Source of the DNA: an uncultured Methanosarcinales archaeon
GTDB taxonomy: Archaea > Nanobdellota > Nanobdellia > Woesearchaeales > GW2011-AR9
Length of the DNA stretch: 64,000 nucleotides
Direction: 5' to 3'
Assembly: GCA_964343575.1 (NCBI GenBank)
Contig: CAYFJV010000001.1
Span: forward strand, 348,705 to 412,704
The position numbers were made by a program, and so were the translations under genes. The notes under the pieces were generated by a model. That model did no database searches. It was not told where the DNA came from and was given only the letters and a program-made list of their open reading frames with translations. Below, piece by piece: positions 1-9,133 of this stretch. The stretch's first letter is position 1, and each line of letters opens with the position of its first letter.

Positions 1-850
1 CTGCGTTTTGTGCGGTCTTCTCCTCTTTAATACTTGTTACATCTCCTGCAGCAAAGATGTGTTTGTACTTCCCAACTTGCAGGTTCTGGTTTACTTTAAT
101 GTAAGACTTTTCCGTGAGACATTCTGTGCTGCTGCAGATGCCAAGTTCCTTGCTGTTTGGAGTGATCCCTACACACAAAAAGACCATATCTGGCTCAAAA
201 ACAGTTCCTTTATTTGAGAAATATTTTCTTCCTTCCTTCTTGATCACCTTCTCTTGAAAATGAAACTTTACTCCTCTCTTTTTTAGAAAGTCTTTTGCAT
301 AATCTCTTGCTTTCTTTGGATTCCTTTCAATCAGTTCTGATCTTGCATGGGCCACAATAAGTTCAATCTCAGGATGATGCTCAGCAATCTCTGCTGCAAG
401 TTCTGTTCCCACCACCCCGCCACCAATGATAAGAATTTGTTTTGCATGTTCTAACTTGTGCGTGTGTTCTCGAAGCTCATGCGCTCTTGAAGTGATGATG
501 ACATCAGCTTCTTTGATTGGAGAGTTATAACTGGAACCTGTTGCAACAATAAGATAGTCAAAAGGGATTGCTTTTTCTTGGTCCCTTATATGTACTTCAT
601 TCTCTGTAACATTTACTACGTGTCCCCTAATGATCTTTGTGTGATGCAAATAATGACTGTGAAGGGTTTGGATTAGTTTGATATGTTTTGGTTCAACTAA
701 TGTTCTAAGAATGCTTGGAGTGAATTCAAAGTAGTTTTTGCTATCAATAAGTGTAACTTGGAAGTTTTTATCTTTCTCTAGCTGCTGTGCACAGTAGGCT
801 CCCGCAAAGCCCCCTCCGATGATTACTACTTTTTTCTTATCTTGAATCAT
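1..850 (-). CDS. FAD/NAD(P)-dependent oxidoreductase (AIFM2/NDH-2-like), runs off left edge
   Basis: Manual translation from ATG 850: MIQDKKKVVIIGGGFAG (FAD GxGxxG), DYLIVATGS, second IIGAGVVGTELAAE motif, IFAAGD. Not in the ORF track because it has no stop within the window. Confidence 0.85.
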   Translation of the reverse strand, partial: MIQDKKKVVIIGGGFAGAYCAQQLEKDKNFQVTLIDSKNYFEFTPSILRTLVEPKHIKLIQTLHSHYLHHTKIIRGHVVNVTENEVHIRDQEKAIPFDYLIVATGSSYNSPIKEADVIITSRAHELREHTHKLEHAKQILIIGGGVVGTELAAEIAEHHPEIELIVAHARSELIERNPKKARDYAKDFLKKRGVKFHFQEKVIKKEGRKYFSNKGTVFEPDMVFLCVGITPNSKELGICSSTECLTEKSYIKVNQNLQVGKYKHIFAAGDVTSIKEEKTAQNA

Positions 851-956
851 TGGCTGGTGTTTGTTAAGAGCTTATATAAAATTAACTTTGAAGAAGATAA
901 AAGTTTGAAAGAGAGTTTGAGAGAAAGAGAAGAAAAAAAGAAAAAATGGGGGCCCA

Positions 957-1334
957 CTAGTGTTTGCTCAACGCATACTCACCTGGACCTGTAAGGTACA
1001 GGTTAATGAGTGCTGCAATCCCTACTAACTGGAAAAGTGCTCTTACCGTATCTGAGCCCCCAAGGGCAAACTGTCCCAAGTGCATGGTAAAGAGAGCCAC
1101 TACTAAAATTACAAAGAGAGGTGCGATTGTCCATCTTATTTGCCATCCTAAAATCAGCGCTGCTCCTCCTAGGACTTCTACTAGAATCAGTATCCATACT
1201 AGAAACATACTCAAACCCAACATTTCACTTACGCCTGCAGCATTTCCTGCCTTTTGCAAACCTGGAACGAGAAAGAGTAAACCCATGAATACTCTTAGAA
1301 CTGTTGGCGCATATTTTTCATAATCATCTTTCAT
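957..1334 (-). CDS. DoxX family membrane protein
   Basis: LRVFMGLLFLVPGLQK ... EVLGGAALILG ... TGPGEYAL is the DoxX pattern; GGTGGTG precedes ATG 1334. Confidence 0.85.
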   Translation of the reverse strand: MKDDYEKYAPTVLRVFMGLLFLVPGLQKAGNAAGVSEMLGLSMFLVWILILVEVLGGAALILGWQIRWTIAPLFVILVVALFTMHLGQFALGGSDTVRALFQLVGIAALINLYLTGPGEYALSKH

Positions 1335-1465
1335 TATTTTCACCACCGTTGTTTTGTTGATGGATAAGAAAACTCCATTAGAGGATTAATAGTTAACTTG
1401 AGATTGTTGAAAGAAAGTTTTGATTGGGTCATGAAATTTTTCACGAAACTCTAGCAAAATATTAA

Positions 1466-2107
1466 CTATTTCTTCTCTTCAAGCAGCCGTACACACTCTT
1501 CAAGTGCGTACTCTCCAAAGGTTGCAAGTCGATCAAACTCTCCAAAAATTTCATCTAAGAAATCTTCTTTCCTGTGGCCAGTATATCTTAAGGGAGAGAA
1601 TTCTCCTTGAGGAGTTATTGTTACACTAAAATATCCAAGAGGAAAACGCAAGTTTGCTTCAAACTCATATGTTTCTTGGCCCTCTTCTTGATTTCTTATC
1701 AACCTTAGGCCAACTGATGAAGGCGGAATTCTTCCAGGTATCCCCTCAAACCCTTCCGTTATCTGTTGATGAATTTTCCTTTTAGTTGCCAAAATTTTTG
1801 ATCCACGATAAATATGAATAAAACTATAGGGTTCGTTTCCTTTGATAAAGGAGAAACTATGGTCAAGCGCAAGAGATCTTTCAGAACGATAAAAAGTATC
1901 CAACTCTTCAAGAAAGGTTTCTTCAGTAGGATTAGATGGTGAAAACCCAAGGGCATCTGTTTTAGGAGGCATAAAAACTAAGTTTCCTCTCTCTTCTAGG
2001 GGAGTTACTCTTGAGAAACGAAGAAGTGTTCCATCTTCTGAAAGAACTTCTCCTGACCTTCTAAAAAGATCATGCATGTACTCTTCCAACTCTTGGTAAT
2101 TTCTCAT
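1466..2107 (-). CDS. hypothetical protein
   Basis: 213 aa ORF in a tandem run of three; no recognised motif. Confidence 0.6.
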   Translation of the reverse strand: MRNYQELEEYMHDLFRRSGEVLSEDGTLLRFSRVTPLEERGNLVFMPPKTDALGFSPSNPTEETFLEELDTFYRSERSLALDHSFSFIKGNEPYSFIHIYRGSKILATKRKIHQQITEGFEGIPGRIPPSSVGLRLIRNQEEGQETYEFEANLRFPLGYFSVTITPQGEFSPLRYTGHRKEDFLDEIFGEFDRLATFGEYALEECVRLLEEKK

Positions 2108-2138
2108 CTTCTCTTGCTTGAGTCCTCACAAAAATTAC

Positions 2139-2732
2139 TCACAATACTTCCTCCAAAATCTGAGGATATTCTTCTGAAATCCGAGAAGCAAAATCTATGA
2201 GATAAGAACTAGAAACTGAGAGTGCATTGATCGATCTTCTTTGATTACTTGCATCTCCATGAAGTGTTACAAGCCCGTTTGGGTTTGCAATCTCACAAGA
2301 GAACACATACTCCTTAGGGGCTCTTTCTCGTAGAGAAAAAGAAAAGGGAAGCCCGTAAGATTCAGATATTCTAAACCCAAAAAATTCTCTTTGTAAAGGG
2401 GATGCTGTCCCTTCTCTTAAGAGGGAAACACTTCTTGTTATTTCTCCGTCTCCACATTTTACAGCAACAAACTGTTGCGAGACCAAGAGTCTTTTGTTGA
2501 AAGCTTGGTATTCGAGGATATCTACCGGAAGGAACGCTAATCCATAATCGTAAGCAATCCTTTCCCAGCGTCTTCTTTCACGATAAGAAAACTCTCCTTG
2601 AATAATCTTACCTGTACTTCCCTCTACTATTCTTAGATCAAAAATTGATCCCGGAGATTCTCTTTCTAAAGCCAGGTAGCTGGCCTTCATGCGTTCACAG
2701 GCTTCATCAATACTATAGCCCTCTTTTCTCAT
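2139..2732 (-). CDS. hypothetical protein (possible distant paralog of 1466-2107)
   Basis: 197 aa ORF; similar C-terminal pattern (YVFSCEIANPNG vs YEFEANLRFPLG). Confidence 0.6.
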   Translation of the reverse strand: MRKEGYSIDEACERMKASYLALERESPGSIFDLRIVEGSTGKIIQGEFSYRERRRWERIAYDYGLAFLPVDILEYQAFNKRLLVSQQFVAVKCGDGEITRSVSLLREGTASPLQREFFGFRISESYGLPFSFSLRERAPKEYVFSCEIANPNGLVTLHGDASNQRRSINALSVSSSYLIDFASRISEEYPQILEEVL

Positions 2733-2756
2733 CTTTATCCCTCAGAGGATTAACTA

Positions 2757-3116
2757 TTAGCTAGACGTTTCTCTCCCTGGGAAAAGATACTTTTGCTCTG
2801 CTCTAAAATGGGGCCTTTTTCTCCCAAGCCCTAACCGAGTTAAGAGATCCCCTGTTTCATCAGCATCAAGATAGCGACCATGTGTATCGACAGTGTATGC
2901 AGAAAGTCTTCCATCACTGCCCACATCACCCTCTAAGCCAGCTCTTTCTAACAAGCCTTTATTGAAAACTCCCATCTCATAACATGCTTCTTGCTCAGAA
3001 CCACTGAGTAATAAAGTAATGTAGGCGTTACCACTATCTCCCCTAAGGCTCCAACGCGTATAGTCTCCGCTAAGAGTTTCTCCCCTTTCTCTATGCCAAG
3101 TTGTATTTTCTAACAT
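2757..3116 (-). CDS. hypothetical protein
   Basis: 119 aa ORF with a G-rich SD-like stretch upstream. Confidence 0.55.
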   Translation of the reverse strand: MLENTTWHRERGETLSGDYTRWSLRGDSGNAYITLLLSGSEQEACYEMGVFNKGLLERAGLEGDVGSDGRLSAYTVDTHGRYLDADETGDLLTRLGLGRKRPHFRAEQKYLFPGRETSS

Positions 3117-3204
3117 TTTTCTTCCCCCATTCTCTTACACATAAGTAAAGACACCAAGAACCACACAGTGGCAGGGAAGAGAAGATATTGGAAAAGAGTT
3201 TTAG

Positions 3205-3218
3205 CTATCTTCACTATC
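3205..3218. promoter_or_regulatory. CTATCTTCACTATC motif, copy 1 (candidate operator)
   Basis: Identical 14-mer at 4730-4743; lies just upstream of a TTTTAAAA TATA-like box. Confidence 0.45.
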
Positions 3219-3261
3219 TTTTTTGAAAACTTTTAAAAAGAAGGCTTGTTTTTGGAAACTC

Positions 3262-4137
3262 ATGCGAAGAAAACTGATCAAACAAGGAGGAACTGGCCTG
3301 ACTTTTTACGTGCCAAAAAAGTGGATTGATAGTAAGAAGCTCAAAGCAGGAGATCAAGTTGAACTTACTCCACTTCAAGGAGATTTACTTCTTTCTCCAG
3401 TCAGAGATAAGAAAGAGAAAAAAGAGATCTCTCTTAAAATCAAGAAATCTAGGCAGAGCGTACACAGATCCTTACTTGTTAATGCTTATCGAGCTGGTTT
3501 TGATAAGCTTATAGTGCACTTCAAAGGCAAGGAAGAAGAGCTCTTTGAAATCGTAGAAAAGTTCATGATGGGTTTTGAGCTCTACAAAAAACGAGAGGAA
3601 GTGTATGTTATTGAGAGTATGAGCGAACCAGATTTAGAAAATTTTGAATCTATGCTTCTTCGTTTGTTTTATGTGGTTGAACAAGTCCTGGAAGATCCTT
3701 TCTCAAAACATTTTGATTCTTACTCAGTAAAAATTCAAAAATATGAAAATTTTTTGAAACGTTGCATTTCAAAACAGCACCTTAATGAAACTGGGGCAGT
3801 CTTTCTTTGGAACTTACTTACTAATCTTACGCAAGTTGTTAAGATGTGCTATCACCTAAAGCGAGATGTAAAGAAGATGAATTCTGTCCTTGAGAAAGAA
3901 CTTTTTGCAGTTAAAGAGATGTTTGTTAGCTTACGAGAAGCCTACACTAAAAAAGATTTTAGCACGCTTTGGAAAGTCTACGAAGATAATGAAGTACTTT
4001 ATTTGAGAAATATTAAGAAGCTTAAAAGAGGGAAAGAGAGTATTCAATCAGCCCATGTACTTTTAATTGATCGAGCGGTTTATCTTTGTATTAGTCCCTT
4101 GGTTGGGTACTTACAGATGAGAAGTTTTAGGGAATAA
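3262..4137 (+). CDS. AbrB/MazE-type DNA-binding domain plus PhoU-like regulator
   Basis: MRRKLIKQGGTGLTFYVPKKWI (archaeal AbrB-PhoU N-terminus), AYRAGFD motif, helical C-terminal region. Confidence 0.8.
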   Translation: MRRKLIKQGGTGLTFYVPKKWIDSKKLKAGDQVELTPLQGDLLLSPVRDKKEKKEISLKIKKSRQSVHRSLLVNAYRAGFDKLIVHFKGKEEELFEIVEKFMMGFELYKKREEVYVIESMSEPDLENFESMLLRLFYVVEQVLEDPFSKHFDSYSVKIQKYENFLKRCISKQHLNETGAVFLWNLLTNLTQVVKMCYHLKRDVKKMNSVLEKELFAVKEMFVSLREAYTKKDFSTLWKVYEDNEVLYLRNIKKLKRGKESIQSAHVLLIDRAVYLCISPLVGYLQMRSFRE

Positions 4138-4140
4138 AAA

Positions 4141-4692
4141 CTACTTCTTATGAAAGTAGGAGAAAAGGATTGATCTACCAATTCTGAAAATGTCTCCAGA
4201 TCCAAGTTCTGATCTTTCACGATTTCCGATTCTTGCCCCATTATGATAAAAAGAGATTCTTTCCCCAAGAGAATTGAAAACACTCCCATAACTTACATCA
4301 ATTCTAAGAAAATTTGAAGAGTCACTCCTAAGCTTTAGACCATTATAATGCTCCCTTAATCTCCCATAGACTTCTTTAGAAAGAGAACCTTCTAATTCTC
4401 TCATAACACCTTCATCAGGCAAAGTAAGGCGCGGACCATAAACCCTACTTATTGCTGGGTGAAAAGCGATCTTAAATTCTTCATAACCACTGGGAGGGAT
4501 TTCATTGATTTCTGCAACTCCAAGAACTTCTGGATGGAATACGATGTAATGGCCACTTGCTCTCTTGTTGAACACTTTTCTCTCTCCATCACGAATCCAT
4601 CCTTCAAAAGATCCAGACTCAGTAGTATTGTGAGTTTGTTTGGGGTCTCTTCCTTGAGTAACAAGAGCAAAAAGGGAATTATCTTCTACCAT
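4141..4692 (-). CDS. hypothetical protein with FHA-like C-terminus
   Basis: C-terminal ...HNGARI...ELGSGDIFRIG resembles the end of an FHA domain. Confidence 0.5.
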   Translation of the reverse strand: MVEDNSLFALVTQGRDPKQTHNTTESGSFEGWIRDGERKVFNKRASGHYIVFHPEVLGVAEINEIPPSGYEEFKIAFHPAISRVYGPRLTLPDEGVMRELEGSLSKEVYGRLREHYNGLKLRSDSSNFLRIDVSYGSVFNSLGERISFYHNGARIGNRERSELGSGDIFRIGRSILFSYFHKK

Positions 4693-4729
4693 TCTCGCGA
4701 GAGAGACAAACAAAGGATAAGTGTTTGCA

Positions 4730-4743
4730 CTATCTTCACTATC
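4730..4743. promoter_or_regulatory. CTATCTTCACTATC motif, copy 2
   Basis: Exact repeat of 3205-3218, again in a divergent intergenic region. Confidence 0.45.
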
Positions 4744-4823
4744 ACTTCAAAAAACCTTGTCAAAAGAAACTTTGAATCTTAAAGCTAAACTTTTATATCA
4801 TTTTGAGGGTTTTGAGAGAAAGT

Positions 4824-5465
4824 ATGGGATTCACAGTTATTGCACCGGTTGGAGACAATCCAACTGCCTTGTTTCAGGGAATGAAAGAGTTTGCTACTGA
4901 ACGCGTTTATCTGATTACTCCAAAGAGTAATGTGAAGAAAGCTCGAGAGATGCAGAAGAAACTTGAGATTTTTTCTATCCCAGTGATTATTCTTGAAGTT
5001 GAAAACAGTTTGATGGAAAGTATGTTCTACCACTTTGGTCAAATTGTTGAAAAGCACAATAGTGATGATATTATTGTAAATGTCGCAACTGGCGATCGCA
5101 TGAGTACTTGTAGCGCGCTAAGTGCGGCTTTTGCTAACGGTTTGAAAGCTTTTGGCATTATGGAAGGAAAACCAATGCTGCTTCCCATCATGAAACTTTC
5201 TTACTACAATGAGCTTACTGATAAAAAGTTTAAGATCTTGACACAGTTAACTAAGGAGAAGTACAAATCTTTATCTGAACTGAGTAAAAAAACAGGTATG
5301 AGTATTAGTTTGCTTTCTTATCACCTCAATGGTACTTTGAAGTATAAAGGGCTCTTGAATCTTCGTTTGGTCGAAGTTAAGCAAGAAAATAAGAATTTGT
5401 ATGTTCGTTTGTCAGAGTTAGGAAGTTTGTTATTGAAGGGCTATATCAGCTGTGAGCGTAAGTAA
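4824..5465 (+). CDS. CARF-like (Csa3/DUF6293-type) Rossmann domain plus winged-HTH transcription regulator
   Basis: ERVYLIT, IIVNVATGDRM, LLP linker, then wHTH SLSELSKKTGMSISLLSYHL...VRLSELG. Confidence 0.75.
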   Translation: MGFTVIAPVGDNPTALFQGMKEFATERVYLITPKSNVKKAREMQKKLEIFSIPVIILEVENSLMESMFYHFGQIVEKHNSDDIIVNVATGDRMSTCSALSAAFANGLKAFGIMEGKPMLLPIMKLSYYNELTDKKFKILTQLTKEKYKSLSELSKKTGMSISLLSYHLNGTLKYKGLLNLRLVEVKQENKNLYVRLSELGSLLLKGYISCERK

Positions 5466-5514
5466 TATAAGTCTCTACGTTTTTTATTTGAGTATAGTTA
5501 TTGAGGTGTTTTTT

Positions 5515-6156
5515 ATGAAGTTAAAATCAATTCTTATTGTATCATTATTAGTTCTCTCTATTTTTCTCTTGGCTGCTTGCTCTGAATTGGAAATTGAAGA
5601 TGTTGTTGTGGAGGACTCTGATCTTGGAGGAAGTCCAGAAGGAGAAGAGTTTGTAGCTGAGATAGATGAAGAGATCGAAGAAGAAGAAGCTGTTGTTGAA
5701 TCTGATGATGAAGTTGCTGTGGAAGAAAGTTCTTGGCTTGAGATTGAATTAAGTGATGTGTCAACTGGTGAGACTTTTACCCTATCGCAGTTTGATGCAC
5801 CAGTTATTTTAGAGAGCTTTGCAGTGTGGTGTCCTACCTGTACCAAACAACAAGAAGAAATCAAGTTATTGCACGAAAGTGTTGGTGATGCCATTGTTTC
5901 TGTAGGGCTCGATACTGATCCCCATGAAGATGAAGGCGTGGTTCTTGAACATGTAACTGCGAACAATTTTGATTGGCGTTACGCTGTAGCTCCTGTTGAG
6001 ATGACTGAAGCACTTATTGATGAGTTTGGTTTTACGGTAGTAAATGCGCCTTCTGCCCCCATTGTTGTAATTTGTGAAAATGGAGAAGGACACCTTTTAG
6101 AGAGTGGTGTGAAAAGTGCTGCAAGGCTTGAAGAAGCAGTTGGAGAGCTTTGTTAG
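5515..6156 (+). CDS. Exported thioredoxin-like (TlpA-type) lipoprotein
   Basis: Signal peptide with LAAC lipobox, acidic linker, FAVWCPTC redox motif. Confidence 0.85.
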   Translation: MKLKSILIVSLLVLSIFLLAACSELEIEDVVVEDSDLGGSPEGEEFVAEIDEEIEEEEAVVESDDEVAVEESSWLEIELSDVSTGETFTLSQFDAPVILESFAVWCPTCTKQQEEIKLLHESVGDAIVSVGLDTDPHEDEGVVLEHVTANNFDWRYAVAPVEMTEALIDEFGFTVVNAPSAPIVVICENGEGHLLESGVKSAARLEEAVGELC

Positions 6157-6185
6157 AGGAGGCATAAAAAGTAGGTGAGAGGAAA

Positions 6186-6914
6186 ATGGGACTTATAACA
6201 AATATTTGGATCTCTTTTTTGGCTGGGCTTTTTGCTCCGCTTGGCGCCGTTTGTGTGCTTCCTTTGTATCCTGGTTTTCTTGCCTACTTGAGTGGTGTTG
6301 CTGATAAGCTGAAGGGTGGGGCCGGGAAGAAAGGAAAAAAGTTGGCTGGAGAAGAAGCTGAGCGGCATAAAAAGCGCATGATGATTCTGTTTAGTTTAGT
6401 AAGTATCCTTGGGATCTTTATTTCTATGCTTTTGGTTGGTTTTATCTTTACTTTTATCCTACAGGTATCTTTGACCAATGTTATTGGAGTTATTTCGCCA
6501 ATTGCCTTTGGAGTTTTGGGAATAGTGAGTATTTTGCTTATTTTTGATGTTGATTTTGGAAGAATCTTTCCTAAAGTACGTAATCCTGTGAAGAAAAATC
6601 CTTATGTGAGTGCTCTGCTTTTTGGTTTGTTTTTTGGTTTGATTGTTTTGCCTTGTAACCCTGCTTCTCTTGTTGTTTTGTTCGCGGTGAGTAGTTCAAT
6701 CGTTGATTTTTTGAGCAATCTCTTAGTGTTTGGCTTTTTTGCTCTTGGTATGGGCTTGCCTTTGTTGCTCCTTGCTGTATTGTCCTCGGCTGCAAGTGGA
6801 AAAGTCATCTCTTTTTTGACTTCAAAGAAGCGACAGATTAATTTAGTCGCAGGCCTGTTGATGTTAGGGATATCCTTGTATTATCTCTTGTTTGTGTTTA
6901 AGATCTTTGGTTAA
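6186..6914 (+). CDS. ccdA: CcdA/DsbD-beta family thiol-disulfide transmembrane protein
   Basis: About six TM segments; CVLPLYPGF and LPC cysteines; FALGMGLPLL. Confidence 0.85.
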   Translation: MGLITNIWISFLAGLFAPLGAVCVLPLYPGFLAYLSGVADKLKGGAGKKGKKLAGEEAERHKKRMMILFSLVSILGIFISMLLVGFIFTFILQVSLTNVIGVISPIAFGVLGIVSILLIFDVDFGRIFPKVRNPVKKNPYVSALLFGLFFGLIVLPCNPASLVVLFAVSSSIVDFLSNLLVFGFFALGMGLPLLLLAVLSSAASGKVISFLTSKKRQINLVAGLLMLGISLYYLLFVFKIFG

Positions 6915-6937
6915 ATTTTGGTTTAGGTGTTGCGTTT

Positions 6938-7984
6938 ATGAGAAGGAATGTTTTAATCTTAGGATTTGTTTTGCTTGGCTTTTTCTTGGTTGCTTGCAGT
7001 AATTTTGCGGCAGAGTTAGAACAAGAGTTAGAGAGTGGATCTCAGGTTATTGATAATGATGCTGTAAGTGCCTTTGAAAATGAAATTCAAGAGACCGTTG
7101 ATGGCGTAAAGTATATCATTCATCCAGATGAGATAATGTCAGGTGGCCCTCCAAAGGGAGGTATTGGTGTAGATAGAGGAATCCCGGCACTTGCTGCAGA
7201 GAACATTAATTTTGTAAGTGTGAGTGAGGCAGACGAGTGGATTGCAGATAATGAGTTGGTACTTGCTTTGCGTTATAATGGTCTTGAGCGTGTGTATCCC
7301 TTGCAGATCTTAGTGTGGCATGAGATTGTTAATGATATCATTGCGGGTGATGCTATTCTTGTGACTTATTGTCCTTTATGTGGGACAGGTATTGCTTATG
7401 AGGGCTATATCTCTGTTGATGGTGAAAGGGTTGAAAGTCGTTTTGGAACTTCAGGTAAGTTGTACAATTCTAATTTAGTGATGTATGATGAAGAAACAGA
7501 TACTTATTGGCAGCAAATTGATGGGAAAGCTATTAGTGGCGAGCTTACCGGTCAAGAGCTTGTTGAGATCAGCATTGATACTGTGGTATGGCGTGATTGG
7601 AAAAAGGATCATCCTAATGCAGAGGTTTTAAGTCAAGATACGGGTATGCGCCGAGACTATGGTCGTGATCCCTATGGGAGTTACTATGAAGATAGCTTTT
7701 TGTTCTTTCCTGTAGATAACGAAGATGGTTCTGTTCATCCCAAGACCGTTGTTTTTGGGATAGAAGTTGATGGTGTGTACAAAGCTTATCGTGAGGATGA
7801 TCTTGTAGAACTTGGCTCTTTTACTGATGTTGTTGCAGGGAGACAAGTCTTAGTAAGCCGTGGGAGAGATGGGGCGGTAACTTTTGTTGACGTTGAGAGC
7901 GGAGAAAGGTATGTTAAAGAGAGAGGGTTTTGGTTTTCTTGGTATGCATTCCATCCAGATACTGGGTTGTATGAAGGAGAATAA
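6938..7984 (+). CDS. DUF3179 family lipoprotein
   Basis: GGPPK.GIPAL, YPLQILVWHEIVND, TYCPLCG, FGTSGKLYNSNLVMYD, FWFSWYAFHP. Confidence 0.9.
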   Translation: MRRNVLILGFVLLGFFLVACSNFAAELEQELESGSQVIDNDAVSAFENEIQETVDGVKYIIHPDEIMSGGPPKGGIGVDRGIPALAAENINFVSVSEADEWIADNELVLALRYNGLERVYPLQILVWHEIVNDIIAGDAILVTYCPLCGTGIAYEGYISVDGERVESRFGTSGKLYNSNLVMYDEETDTYWQQIDGKAISGELTGQELVEISIDTVVWRDWKKDHPNAEVLSQDTGMRRDYGRDPYGSYYEDSFLFFPVDNEDGSVHPKTVVFGIEVDGVYKAYREDDLVELGSFTDVVAGRQVLVSRGRDGAVTFVDVESGERYVKERGFWFSWYAFHPDTGLYEGE

Positions 7985-8015
7985 GATTAAATAGCAATGC
8001 CTCTTTTCTTTTAGT

Positions 8016-8657
8016 ATGCATAAAGTAGAGTTCCATATTTACCACAAAACTTGTTGGGGATCAGAAATTAGCCTAAAATTTCCAAATCATCAACTTTCCT
8101 CGGTTGATTGTAGATGGGTTAAAGGGCAAGTTGTTCACATCTTACTTGCGCGGGGAGACCTAAGTGACTTTAAGGAAATAATTGCTTACCTTAAAAAAAG
8201 AAAAGATGTCTTGAAAGTTGAAGCCCTTAGTGAAGATGAACAAAGTTTGTATCTAAGAGTACTTACAAAAAAGGACAAGCATAGGGATCAATTCTCAGAT
8301 ATGTTTTTTGAACACGATTGCTTCCCAGTTCTACCAACACGTTTTGAAGAAAAGTATGAAGTATGGACTCTTGGAACAGCAATTAAGAAGAATATTACAA
8401 AGGTGTATAGTGAACTTAAAAAAAATCATCCAGTGAAGATTATTTCTCTCAAAGAAGAAAAAATTTCTAGTCCACTTACCAAAAAACAAAGAGAGGTCAT
8501 TAACTTTGCCAAACTTTTTGGTTATTATGAATGGCCAAGGAAAAAATCTGCAACAGAGATCGCTCAACTGGTTAACATTCCAAAAACTGTTTTTCTCTCA
8601 CACTTAAGAAAAGCAGAAGGTAAAGTAATTAGCTCATTTCTCTCTGAAGAAAAGTAG
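8016..8657 (+). CDS. Bat/HTH-10 family transcription regulator
   Basis: C-terminal LTKKQ...GYYEWPRKKSATEIA...HLRKAE. Confidence 0.9.
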   Translation: MHKVEFHIYHKTCWGSEISLKFPNHQLSSVDCRWVKGQVVHILLARGDLSDFKEIIAYLKKRKDVLKVEALSEDEQSLYLRVLTKKDKHRDQFSDMFFEHDCFPVLPTRFEEKYEVWTLGTAIKKNITKVYSELKKNHPVKIISLKEEKISSPLTKKQREVINFAKLFGYYEWPRKKSATEIAQLVNIPKTVFLSHLRKAEGKVISSFLSEEK

Positions 8658-8670
8658 ACCATGGTCTACT
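8653..8670. promoter_or_regulatory. Perfect 18-bp palindrome AGTAGACCATGGTCTACT (candidate operator)
   Basis: Self-complementary; overlaps the regulator stop codon and precedes an AT-rich box of the next gene. Confidence 0.55.
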
Positions 8671-8706
8671 AAAGATTAATAATGTTTTTGCCTTGAATCT
8701 TCTTTC

Positions 8707-9132
8707 ATGGAGTTCAAATCATTCGGAAAAAAATTAGTTGCTGTGCTTAACAAAAACATTGAGACAGGTAGGGCAGTGAATGCTTTAGCACACATGTCAC
8801 TTGGCTTGGGAGCAAGTGTTGAGAAGAAAGAAGAACTACGTTTACAAAACTATACTGATGCTGATGGAGGTAAACATCCGCAAATTTCTGATATCCCCTT
8901 TATTGTGCTTAAAGCTAGTTCCAATAAAATACGAAAACTAAGACAAGAAGCACTTGAGAGAGGTTTTACTTTCACTGATTTTACGCACACCATGCTTGAT
9001 AAGACTTATGTTGAACAACATGAGAAGACTAAGAGGACAAAAGAAGAAGACCTTGAATACTTTGGGGTTTGTATCTTTGGTGATTGGCAAGAGCTTTCAG
9101 AACTTACTAAAAAGTTTTCTTTGTATAAATAA
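8707..9132 (+). CDS. DUF2000 family protein (PTH2-like fold)
   Basis: NALAHMSLGLG, YTDADGGKHP.IS..PFIVLKA, DFT, LEYFG...LTKKFSL. Confidence 0.85.
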   Translation: MEFKSFGKKLVAVLNKNIETGRAVNALAHMSLGLGASVEKKEELRLQNYTDADGGKHPQISDIPFIVLKASSNKIRKLRQEALERGFTFTDFTHTMLDKTYVEQHEKTKRTKEEDLEYFGVCIFGDWQELSELTKKFSLYK

Positions 9133-9133
9133 A

